Assembly: GCA_051362555.1 (NCBI GenBank)
Contig: CM120640.1
Location: 54,042,788-54,106,787 of the forward strand
Reading direction: 5' to 3'
From: Lingula anatina
Taxonomy: Eukaryota > Animalia > Brachiopoda
DNA length: 64,000 nucleotides
Every line of letters begins with the position of its first letter. The first letter of the stretch is position 1. Shown in pieces: positions 14,000 through 25,486 of the stretch. Made by a program: the position numbers and the translations under genes. The notes beneath the pieces are model-generated. The model was not told where the DNA came from and did no database searches. It saw nothing but the letters and a program-made list of their open reading frames with translations.

Positions 14000-14705
14000 C
14001 CCGTCAAACTTATTCCAAATCCGCAATAATCAAGCAGAATGAGCCAGAATAAAGAATTTTCAAAATTCGAGCCACATTCTGGAGGAAATTTCAAACTGAC
14101 CTAAATTCCTGTAAGAATACTCAGAATCTGCTTCAAACCCCGCCTTGAATGATTCGTGCACATTTCGGGTGTTTTAGTACTCAAATCAGCTCAAATGCAC
14201 TTGGAACGTGGAATATTGAAAATGCTGGCTGAACGCAGTCAGAATATTTAGAATATTCATGTATTTCAAATGTCGTACGAGTGTTTTTCCATTGCTGGAC
14301 GAAATATGATTTATGCACCAATCAAGAAGCATTCAAATTGCATTCCGGCTTATTTGAGGCACATGCAAAACATTCTGGCAGGATTTGAAGTGTCTTGCCA
14401 TTTCAGTTCTCCCTCAAATGTGATCAGAATGTTTTGAATGCTGTCGGAATGCTGTAAAAATATTAACAATGCACTAATAGTGCAGTTAGAACACACCTCA
14501 AATGCCATTCAATATTTCTCCACTTGGAATGCATTTTGAAAGTTTAGAGCATGAGCAAAACATTCAGACCAGACACAAGAATGGGCCCATATATTTGGAA
14601 TGCACTCAGAATTATTAGAATGCACTTCAAATATCCAGGAATATACAAAGAATTTCCATTCCGATGATATTCTAGCACATTCTGCCTCTAGTGGGACTAG
14701 GGTAT
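14000..14705. mobile_element. Degenerate GAAT/ATTC-rich non-autonomous element
   Basis: Dense gaat/attc motifs; weak inverted ends (gccccgtcaaact / agtgggactaggg). Confidence 0.35.
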
Positions 14706-16351
14706 AAGACTGAAAATAATGTTGAACCATCAGACTGCAAGAAGGGTATTCTATACAGAGCCAAACTAGTAAGCAGTATCTATAATACAAGTTTCCCCTA
14801 AGTGCAAAAGTGACTTGCTATTATATTAGCCTGCCCAAATGCAGAAGGCAACCTATGCAGAGTACAATGCACCACTCAGGTTAGTAAATGTTTCAACTTA
14901 AAATACATCTAATGAAAGGAAGTGTATGCCTTTAATAAACAACATATCCCTGTGTACTCGTATGCTGAAATGAGCAAGTGTATGTATGTGTGTTTTTCTC
15001 CATGTACTCAGTAAATCATGCATTTTCTTTACAATTATTGAGCTTTATACATTTCTACAGTATTTTTAAACCATGTAGTATTACACATCACATTCAATAT
15101 TTACTTTCACCTTAATTTCAACTTGGACTTTAGAGCAAATTATTCTCACAATATAGTCCATGCAATGAATTTCTTACAATTTCTGAAACCTTTCCACAAA
15201 TGTTGAAATAAGCAAAAATCACCTGCTCAATTTCATGAGATTGTACCCAGTAATTACTATGATTTCCCTTGGTTGTTCGCCTGTGTTCCTGTGTATTTAA
15301 ACAAACATTATTGGGAGAGCAGCAGTTTACTACTAGGTAGAAGTTTGTCTTAATTAATGATGAACCAACTTGTTTTGTTTTTTGGTAGCTTTATCTCAAC
15401 CCAAACCTGTCTGACTACTTTACAACTTTGTCTCAAGCACATCATGCTTTCCTGACACATTTTATATGTGATGGCAAGCACAAATTCCAGAATAATTGTG
15501 TTAACTGCCGTTTTGGTGTTAAAATAGAATTTATAATATTTCTTAGAGTTGTTTAGAATGTATTTATTGTGAAATATGGCTATCTTAAGAACAGTTAATT
15601 GTTATCCCTTTAAGTAGTCAATTTCGAGTTCAGACTGCATTATTTAAGTGGAACATCCAATGTGAAAAGGGGCAAAACCTACACTTTTAATGTAGTACTT
15701 CAAGTTTTCATACCCATACATAGTCGATAAGTCATCATCAGGAAATAAAGTCATTGAATCATGGGATGTACAGGTAGATAAATGTTGAACAGAGCTAATT
15801 GTTTACAAGTACTACCCTTCACTGTTATCAAAATACTACAAGATATACACACTGTATTTGAGAAACTTATAAATTGCACCAAGCAACTTTATTAAGTTCC
15901 ATACAAACTGATGAACTTATTCTTTTCTTTTTCTTTTTTTTTTAAACAAATGTTTCAGATTATCTGCCTCCATTAGCAGTCAATAAAAATACTCTGAAGA
16001 GGTAGAATAAATGTAAACTATACAACTACCTGGTAGCTTTGTGGTTTAAAAAAAAAATAATGCACCTGTACATCAGAAGTTTGATATTAAATACATGTAG
16101 CAAAAATTCATAAAATATGTATTAATTCCATTATATTGCAACCGAGCAGAATAAACTGTATTACATAATATTGGTAAAATTACATAATATATAAAATAGT
16201 ATTAGAAAAAAAAAAACAAAAGAACTACAAATTCATGTCTAACAAGGTTATGTACTGACAGCAAATGAATGACAATATACATTTTTGTGAACGTTCCACT
16301 TTCATTCTCTTCCTCCAAAGGTGACTACATCTATTATGTCTCCCCTGCTCA

Positions 16352-18366
16352 TCAAGACTTGTCAACAACACTTGCATATGATGGTGGTGGAGCATAAGGT
16401 TGTGAAGGAAAGGATGACTCTGGAAGCAGGAGATAAAAAGTACAGTGTACCGTTCAACTGCTAAAGAAGTGGAATTGCTCAAAAGCAAACAATCAATACC
16501 AAATTCCTAGCACATTTCTACGAGTACTTTACACAATGTTTTGACATACTTAAAAGTTGGAATGTAAAAATTAAAAACTTGACTATGTGCTCTCTTCTTT
16601 CCGATTATGTAAACAAAATATTTTTCAAATATTAAAAACTGAATAAATTCCACGTATAACTGAAGTTTGCTGAGCATTAAGTGACACTTTTTGTTTGAAA
16701 TAAAGCTTAAAAGGTAAATTTTCTAATAATAATAAAATCCTTAAAATGAAGTAACCAATATGAGAACTCATGATCATTAACTGTCAAAGCAGCTTCAACA
16801 CAGCATGAAACCAACTTCTGTACCCTTACTTACCAGCAGGTGGTGCTGATGGGGTGACACCAGGACTTGGAGGGGGGTATGGCTGACCCTGTGTCCTATA
16901 GCCTGGTTGAGGCATCATGCCTGCTGTCGTATTTGCCTGGTTAAAACCACCAGCTGTCTGTAATTCATATGTTGTTCCAGTCTGGTATGTTGTTCCAGTT
17001 TGAAATGATGGTCCATATGTCGTGCCTGCTCCAGGACCTGCTACAGTGCCTGCTCCAGGACCTGCTACATGTACAAAACAAACAAACAGATACCAGTAAG
17101 TCACTTAAATGATAGCAAATAATCTATATTCTCCCTAGAACACTAGTCCCAGATTCTCCTTTACATAAATTTATTACTGCAAGTATTCCTATTACAATAA
17201 AAGGGTGCGAGGTGCTTTTTGAAATAAGTACAGGTTATATTATTTAAAAAAGAATACAGGTCTAATGTTATGAGATAATGCCAATCCCATGCACTATATC
17301 CTTTCAGGAAAGCACAATTATCTAGATTATGTTACTTGGGAAGGAGGCTGATGTGAAAGACTTGGGGTGCATTCCCAGAGATTTAGATCGATCCAGAGAT
17401 TAAGATTTAGATCGACCGAACTCCCTGGGGGTTTACGTTAAAATTGCGGTCAGCTGAGCGCGCACCATAGTTAATTACCCCCTTACAGCTTTTAGCAGGC
17501 GGGACAGATGCTTAAGCTGGCTAAGCTGACAGTAATCTAGTGAGACTCCCCACAGGGATAGATTGATCTAAAATCTATGGAAATGGGGTCTTATGTATTA
17601 ATAAGAAAATGCTAAAACACCCTTTTCAAGTACCAATTTTTACTAAAAACCATCTTAGTTAATGCTTTTTTCATTAAATACAGAAACAGATTGATTTTAA
17701 TCCACTGATATCTTATATGGCCACAATTTCTTCCAAAAAGTCTACAAATGGACATTTTACAGAAAAGGTTTTTAGATCATATAAATGTATACTTAAATAT
17801 CTTTACATAATAAGTTATAAATCATATGGATTGATGTTAACACCTGCATAAGTTGTTGTGGTTACTCCACTAGTTGTATATGTGGCTCTTGCTGCTTGAC
17901 TAGTGCCCAACCTTCTCTTGCAGATGCATGTAACAATCAGAATAATTATCACTAGAATAACCATTCCTACTACAATGCCAGCTATCATTCCCCTGAAAAA
18001 CAAAATATGTTTTGATATTAAATGAGGGAAATGCAATAAATAACTTTCAGTAGATACACTGTATTGTTTTGCTAACCAATTTCATAAAAAATTATTGGTA
18101 AACTAATAAGCAAACACCAAGCACAGTGTATTATAAATCTGCCAACAGATATTAAGTTAAGGTGGGATTGCCTGCATTCCTCTGGTTAGCAGACACAAAT
18201 CAATCACAAAGATATATGATAATATTATTATTATAAACATTCACAGGCAGTGTGGTGTCCCTCGTAAATATGTTTTATCATAAAGAATGTAATAATTTTC
18301 ATAAAGACATTGGAAATGATATACTCCACCCAACATCCATCTGTCTATGCATTGGCCAAAGATGGC

Positions 18367-18417
<51 letters not shown>

Positions 18418-18471
18418 ATGCAAGAAAAAAGAAGTTGATAATCAAGAAAATTGTCTATAATACTGAAGGCT

Positions 18472-18527
<56 letters not shown>

Positions 18528-21500
18528 GGAAAGAGAGAAACATTCTTTAACCACATAAGCTACATTGTAGCAAGATCACCAAGGTCAGAATTCTTTTCTG
18601 GAATCATCATCACTAATGCTGAAATCATTGCTTCTTATCCAGAACCTTATAATATCCTGATTCTCACCCATATTTAGATCCAAATTCACAACAGTAGTAA
18701 AATGAATCAGCATCACCACAGCAATAATCTCCTTTCCACGGAAACTTGGGGCAATCAAACCCACTATCTGTCTGACCAAAAAATTCATTATATCTGGAAG
18801 GACAGCTTTCCCCATGTACACCTGAAATGAATAATTATAATAAAAACATAGGTAGATTGATCAGTTTTTATCAAATATTTTGATGTATCTAAAACCTGAC
18901 CCTATATCAAAGGCACTAGCATATTGGTTTGCAATGTCCAATTCAGAGTGTAAACAAATCATGAATGTGTCATTTTATGTTTTGGCAAACCAACTGCATT
19001 ATGTCCTCAATGAGGGAAAGAAAATAATTTGAAACATCACAATATTCCAGACTTGGAGAAACTGCCTGACCACTTGGTATGCCAGAGGACCTGCAGGATT
19101 TTTGATATCACAGGTCCTCTGGACTGGCAAGGTTTATGAGAAAATACAATACATAATGAAAAAAATGCATGTAAACACAGGCTAATTGAAAACTGCTTTT
19201 GGACGAGCTCAGAATTGACAGAATGTGCAGTTTTCTTGCTTCCCCTATATCTAATATTCAGTATTTCTGTACTTCTTATTCGAAGTACTAGTATATGTAA
19301 TTAACTTTACTTTAACAATATATATTGCTAAGATCACACAAGTTCAGTATTATGCAAAGGCCTTAGACAGAAAGATGCACCTTTTCCAAATCTTAGCACA
19401 CAATTAGAAAAGCCTGCAACTATTAGCAACTTTTGCTTGAATAAGTTATTTTTCTGACTTCTTTATGAGATCGTTAAACACATACAGATATCATTTAAAA
19501 TACTGGAGAAGACCAAAATTCTAGAAATTATGTATCACATATATTCTAAATGTTGTTAAAACAAACATAAAATATGAAATTGCTCAGAGAGCAAACAACT
19601 TGCAAAATTAGTTTTTAAAACCCAAATAAATTAATAAATAGATCTAACAAATAGGTAACAGTTTTACAGTTAGGATTGTTGGCCTTATGTTTGCATCTGG
19701 CAAAAGTATGTTAAGCATTACCCTCTACCAGGGCGAGTGATAGATTTTTTACAGATATTCACAGATATGTCTCTAGCTAGATAGATGGTCATTTAAAGCT
19801 CAACTGAGTTAAAAAATCTATCACTCGCCCTGGTAGAGGGTAGTTAAGCATTAACTTTATGGTAACCAAACACTGCAGAAAAATCTATAAAAGAGAGTGA
19901 CACATTTAGATAAACCAGAAATGGCCAAATGACTCACAAGTTAATGACTGACAGTCAGGCGTGTACTGCTTATCACATCAGTAACTGTATAAAACAGTTT
20001 CATTCACATCAAAATATAATATATAGTATTACAACATCACATGATCTTTATTCTGAAAGATAAATAAGATATGAGGCAATCAACATCACCCGTCATCAGC
20101 AACACATGAATAGGGAGGGGGGGCAAAAGCTAATAGTATGAAAGTTTTTTGGCTTGTGTTTTATAAATTTGGGTGTTTGAAAGTAGTTTGTTCTGTATCA
20201 GTGATCATGAAATAGCCCATATCACACAGTTTTTATAATGCAATATTACTTTTGTCTCCATAATATATTTTAAAATTGATTTAACACGTTAACTTAGAGT
20301 TCAAAGCCTCCTCTTTTAAATGACATAAAGCAAAAATACCTGTCCACTTCAGACACTGAGAAAAATTAGATTAAAAGGGTGGGGTGTCCGTCATTTTGGT
20401 AAAATGACTAGGATTTTTCAAAGTAAAAATTAAGTGCCTTCTGAATCTGCCAAACCATTTTCAATGTGATAGTTGGACTCCTAAAATGTTAAAATATAAA
20501 GTCCTGAAAGTTACAAAGCAATGGGATACTAGTACTCAGAACTTTTGTTCTAGTGCTTTTTCTTAACTGTGGCCTACTGTGGTAGATTTAAATGAGGCAC
20601 AGAGAGACTGCCAGGGAGACTGCTCTTTTGCAGTCTGGGGCTCCAGTGTGCAGTCTCTCTGGCAGCCTGGGCTCTCGTGGGCAGCTGGGGCTCCCGTTCT
20701 AGCTGGGTATAATATCTACAAAACATGTGAAAATCAGCAAGTCCGTGACAGAAGGTACCACTACTGGATGAGCTGACATGGAACAGACATGCTGAAAACT
20801 TTTCAGAATGGCCGGACATTTGGAAGTACATGTATGTCAAATGATGACTGTAAATTCAAAATTGCGACTTTTAAAACTCTTGTCGGTCCTTTGGAATAGC
20901 CAAGTCCAATTTTTTATCGGTCCAGACAAATTTTGCCGGTCATGACCGATCGGACTGACAGTTTCCGCATTTCTGTTGAATGACCCATGCACAATATTTT
21001 CATTGAAGGGTCGGCTACCATGTTGGCAAGTGGCTCTTCTAGGCTGGTAATATGTCCAAGAAGAACCATTCACCAACATGGCTGCTGACACGACTATATT
21101 AAAGTCTTGCAGATTTGTTAAGTTATATTAACAATATTAATTACCAAGTAATAAAGTTTGCTTTTATATCACCCTATTTTGTTGGGAATGTCCGTTTCTT
21201 TTGTGTAATTGCAACTTGACTTGTTTTTTCAAGTGTGTTGTGCTGCATTGCGCAATTCAGCTACACCCATCTTGATCTACATATGTATGATTGTACCTTG
21301 CTTATGACAGTAAACATCAGTAAAAGCAATCCTTGTTCATACAACGCTGTCTGTACATAATTATGTTGTCCTGGCATTGTGTACTACTACATGTAGGACA
21401 TGTACCAGTACGTGCAATGCAGAGAATGACATAAATAATTAAAGGTACCTGTACATCTGTACATGTACTATGGGTTACTAGTAGACATCCGGGTAAACGA

Positions 21501-24500
21501 CTCTGTGTTTTGCCATTCGGCATTTAATTTTAGGAAATTTTCCACTCCATACGTACATACAGTAGGACACATACTGTCGAAAAGCGGTGCACTTCGGCAC
21601 GTCATGATTGTTGTTTTGCTACGTCCGCGTAACAAAATAGCCCGAGAACGGCGACTCGTTGAAAATGTGTACGTTACACGTAAATCTATATTGCAAAAAA
21701 TCTACAGTGGCTTGAACTTTTATATTTTAAAAGGTGAATAAGCATTTGTTCTTCTGTCGAAAAATAGCATAGTTTTACCAATAAACCGTAAAGAATTCTT
21801 TCCACCGCGTCCTGAATACAGAGGACGGAATTTTTTACAGAACCAAAAACGCAAATGTCTAGGAAGGGACTATAATGCGATAAATTTGTTTACAAATATA
21901 AAATTCGCTTAAATTGCGAAAAAAGATTGCTAAAGTATAAAGGTTTTCAATTTTTAAAGGAAAATCCCGCACACTCTTTGGTTTGTCAGTCTCAACCGAA
22001 AATCTGGGATGTTGTCAAAATCAGCGGAAATTTACTCCCGCGCAAAACCATCGAATAAAATACCCATTTTTGCCGTCATTCAAGCAAATAAACACCTTTA
22101 TTCACTCTAAAAAGTTTCAAACTAACCTCAAATTTCACATAAGGTGCTATGATCCACACTTTTGTCCTAAGCAGCAGACTACTGACCTTGAACTGGTTTG
22201 ATTAGTAAATATCATGTGACAGAAGTCATGTGACAGGCTGATTGGGCCTTCAAATTATGCATTTCTTAAGTCCAGTGTCATCACAAATAAGGTTTTCAGT
22301 TTATTAGGGCAATGATTGCATTAAATAATAAAAATACAACTTAAAATTAATGCCGAAGAACCAATTTTGCCTCTCGTTTTGCGGGAGTTTGTCTGACCTA
22401 TTTTCATTGGAAATCCCGCAATTTTATCACGAGGGTGGACAGGTGGAGTGAATTGTGCGGCCAGTTTCGAATTGCACCAAAACTTGCGGAATTTTGTGAC
22501 CCACACATGTAAACTATATATGAAGATTATAATGAGGTAGGTATAGATTTTCAACAGAATTCAGAAGTTATACTTTATACGAAAAAAGTGTATGCCTTCC
22601 CCCCAACTTCAAGATCATGTTCGGTATATAGTACATTTGGATATGTCCAAGTTGTAAGTTATAGTATACAATGTATCATACATGTAGTTTTGTTAATAGG
22701 GGGTGTTGTTCATTCTGCACTGTGTGACCTACCCCGACTCATTTACATCACTTTAGTCAACAGATTTACTTAATTTTTGGCAAGTCTGAATAATGATACG
22801 AAAGCAGTTTACCAGCGCGAGCACCTGCCAAGATTCATTTGATAAGTATACGAGGTACATATTTAATCTTCAATTATACACTTCTAATTGTTATACAGCT
22901 ATATCTCAAAGTACATTCCACAATACAAATCTACAGTAGAAAATTTTTGAGCATCATCATATTAGTTCCCAGGAAAGCATTATTATGTAATTCATAGTAA
23001 ACTTTGTAACGGTGCCTTATGTCCCCCCGGTACCATTACCTATGTGTGGATCGGTTGTGGTCTTCTGTAGTAAGTTTTGATACATGTTCTCAATTTATGT
23101 AAATGAAAATGTTTATCTTTAACCATGGTCTCTAATAATTTATGTTGTAGTGGTATTTTTTCATTGCAGGTGAAAATGAAGAGTTTCATGCAAGTAACAG
23201 GAAAAGTGGGTGCTACATAATGTGAAAGTGATCATGATGATATCAATAACGCAACCTTTGTTTATGTATTTATTTCTATACCTCTATTGATAGAGATATG
23301 CAAGATATATTTACTGAGTGTTTGGACAGATCTAAAGCAACTAAAGGCATAGACTTGAAAGTAATTTTTCAATAAAAGTTGATAATTGCAGAAAACCAAT
23401 AGCCCATGGTTTACCACTTAATTGTTGGCTTATAATATTCAAAAAGAAAGACAGCAAAGGAATGGAAAATGAAAAAGAAAAAGAAAACAAGGGAAACAGA
23501 CATTTTGCAGTTTAGTATACATTAATCATGCCCTCTCTAAGAATTCATGATTTTGTAAAAAAAACATGCAAAATTATAATTTTGTGATTAATGTTGAAAA
23601 TGACATTATCTTTAAATAATAATTATAAACATTATGAGACATGATCACAAAGCTTAAATATGCTTTGTGACATTTTTCTTTTCATTTTCTGTCATATAGT
23701 AAAACTAGTATTCGCTGTAACAAGAAAGTCCATGTGTTTTTAAACAGCCGGTTGTACTTGATAATAAATGCAAATTAAGTGCCCTGGTTATATACAATGT
23801 CTTCAAATATTTTAATTGCCAAATGCCTACAGAGAAGTTCTTTAACATAAAACAATCAAAAATTGCATTTATAATATCACAGACAATCCAACACATGGTG
23901 TAGATTGTAACAGCATGATGCCTTGGTTTTTAAGGTGGATTTATTACTATCATCATGTTAATTTATTATTTTTTTTCTACTATTATAACTTGCCAGATAA
24001 AATTGTTAAACATGTTTCAGTATGTTGTATATGTTGAATAAAGGATTTTAAAGAAATATATGCTTATTAAAAATACTTATCTGCCAATTAAAATGAAGAA
24101 AACAATCCACTTATCTTATCAATGTCACATAAAACACAGACAACATTTAGAAATACATATATTAGCCAATTTAAGCTTGCACATTTACCAGTGAAAATTT
24201 TGACCAGCTCCTTAGATATTGTTTTTGTACAAATATCAGTCGTAACATCGTAAAATGGAATTGGGACTAAACCTTATACAGACAGTAACATATATCAACA
24301 TAAAAATAGAATTACCGACCATATTTAACACAAGTATTCGCCAAAGTGCAAATAGGTGAAAATGTAAACAAACATTCAGTTGGGCTCGTCTTGGCCGATG
24401 CATGACGTCAAATCCTGAATTTTACACTATCTTCCTACGAAAACAGCTGAGGCATTTGTTTACAAGGATAGATTTGAATAAAAATTTAGCCACATAATTA

Positions 24501-25047
24501 TGGCTTTTAAACACATTATACAGGCTCTGGAATTTCCCGCACACTCTCTAGTTTGCAAATTATAAGGAAAGTTACGATGTTGCCAAGGAAAAATGTCACC
24601 GCGACGTGTGAGTTTGGCGAACATAAACTCGGTCAAATCAAACATTTCAAAATAAAATATTACATGGGTATGAAGCTTAAATACCCAATTAATATAACAT
24701 CTGATTGGAAGTATTAGATATTTACTTCTGCAGATAATATTGGCATTTTTCGGTCAAATTTCCAGTGTTTCACAAAACGAACGCGACGTAACGTAATGGC
24801 GCGTGAAAAAACGACGTAAAAACCCTACGCCGTGACAGTATGTGTCCTACTGATACATAACTACAAAAATTTCATTTTGTTCTAGACTGGCAAGACTTGA
24901 ACGTTCAGTACTTTTACTACATGTTAGTAACCTGGACTAGAAAGTTAACAGTTAACGTTATAATTATCCAGTAAACTGAATCGACTTACCAGGACAAATT
25001 TTAAGAGTTGCAAATACAAATGCCACAACGTTGAACAATAGTTCCAT
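16352..25047 (-). CDS. Shisa-like (STMC6-type) single-pass membrane protein with PY motif, 219 aa, 5 coding exons
   Basis: Exons (minus): 25047-24990, 18821-18668, 17992-17844, 17064-16834, 16419-16352; all GT-AG, phases consistent, total 660 nt. Signal peptide MELLFNVVAFVFATLKICPGVHG; Cys domain ESCPSRYNEFFGQTDSGFDCPKFPWKGDYCCGDADSFYYCC (C-C-CC-CC); TM GMIAGIVVGMVILVIIILIVTCIC followed by KRR; Pro/Gln/Tyr-rich tail ending APPPSYASVVDKS*. Confidence 0.9.
17363..17593 (+). mobile_element. ~230-bp MITE with imperfect ~30-bp TIRs; inverted copy at 59874-60094
   Basis: Core taattacccccttacagcttttag..ggcgggacaga..ctaagctgacagtaatctagtgagactccccac recurs reverse-complemented at 59874-60094. Confidence 0.8.
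18369..18527. repeat. Poly-A (48 nt) plus compound (TG)n(GA)n microsatellite
   Basis: A-run 18369-18416; TG run ~18475-18506; GA run to ~18527. Confidence 0.95.
19719..19842. mobile_element. 124-bp MITE with perfect 33-bp TIRs and 9-bp TSD
   Basis: taccctctaccagggcgagtgatagatttttta (19719-19751) and exact reverse complement (19810-19842); TSD gttaagcat at 19710-19718 and 19843-19851. Confidence 0.92.
21560..24852. mobile_element. ~3.3-kb non-autonomous TIR transposon in Shisa-like intron 1
   Basis: Perfect 19-bp TIR cagtaggacacatactgtc (21560-21578 / 24834-24852); flanks gtacata / atacata (possible 7-bp TSD); CpG-rich subterminal regions; no transposase ORF seen. Confidence 0.7.
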
Positions 25048-25486
25048 TTTACTATTAAGTGTAACTTAGATACGCAGTTCAAAGTACATGTATGTAATGT
25101 TTTTATGACGGCGCAAGTCGTAAAAATATTAAGTGCTTGCCTGCTGCGATCGTGACCTTGGTTTACCGCTTGGTTTATCTTGACTAAATGTACGGACGTT
25201 ACATGTGGTTAACTGTAGTTATTTGTTTGACAAGTTTACACACTTGTTAGCTCTTCAAATGATATTTAAGAAGTCGATACACGTCAACACGGCACCTAAC
25301 TGCACCAAACGTCTCGTAAACAGATATTGGTCTTTTCTTGGAACAAGGTTATCGGTAGAGGGGGCTAAAGGTGCGCGTATTTGAAGATTGGCTTCGCGGA
25401 AAAGGTCCAGACAGAAATTTGATAAACATATCATTCTTAGAATGTGCTGATGGACTTTTGCGGTTAGAGATGTGAAAATCCTGATC
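25048..25486. promoter_or_regulatory. Putative bidirectional promoter/5' UTRs between Shisa-like and LRRK1-like genes
   Basis: Divergent ATGs at 25047 (minus, aaaATGg) and 25487 (plus, atcATGg); CpG locally retained compared with the gene bodies. TSSs not determinable from sequence. Confidence 0.65.

Noticed and set aside
18252-18677. 141-aa plus-strand ORF and other low-complexity ORFs (2310-2621, 8380-8682, 40262-40465)
   Set aside because: Translations of poly-A, microsatellite or minisatellite DNA.
21290-21380. Candidate signal-peptide exon for the Shisa-like gene (…GLLLLMFTVISK|gt)
   Set aside because: Phase 0 does not join the phase-1 acceptor at 18821; the exon at 25047-24990 fits phase, Kozak and donor.
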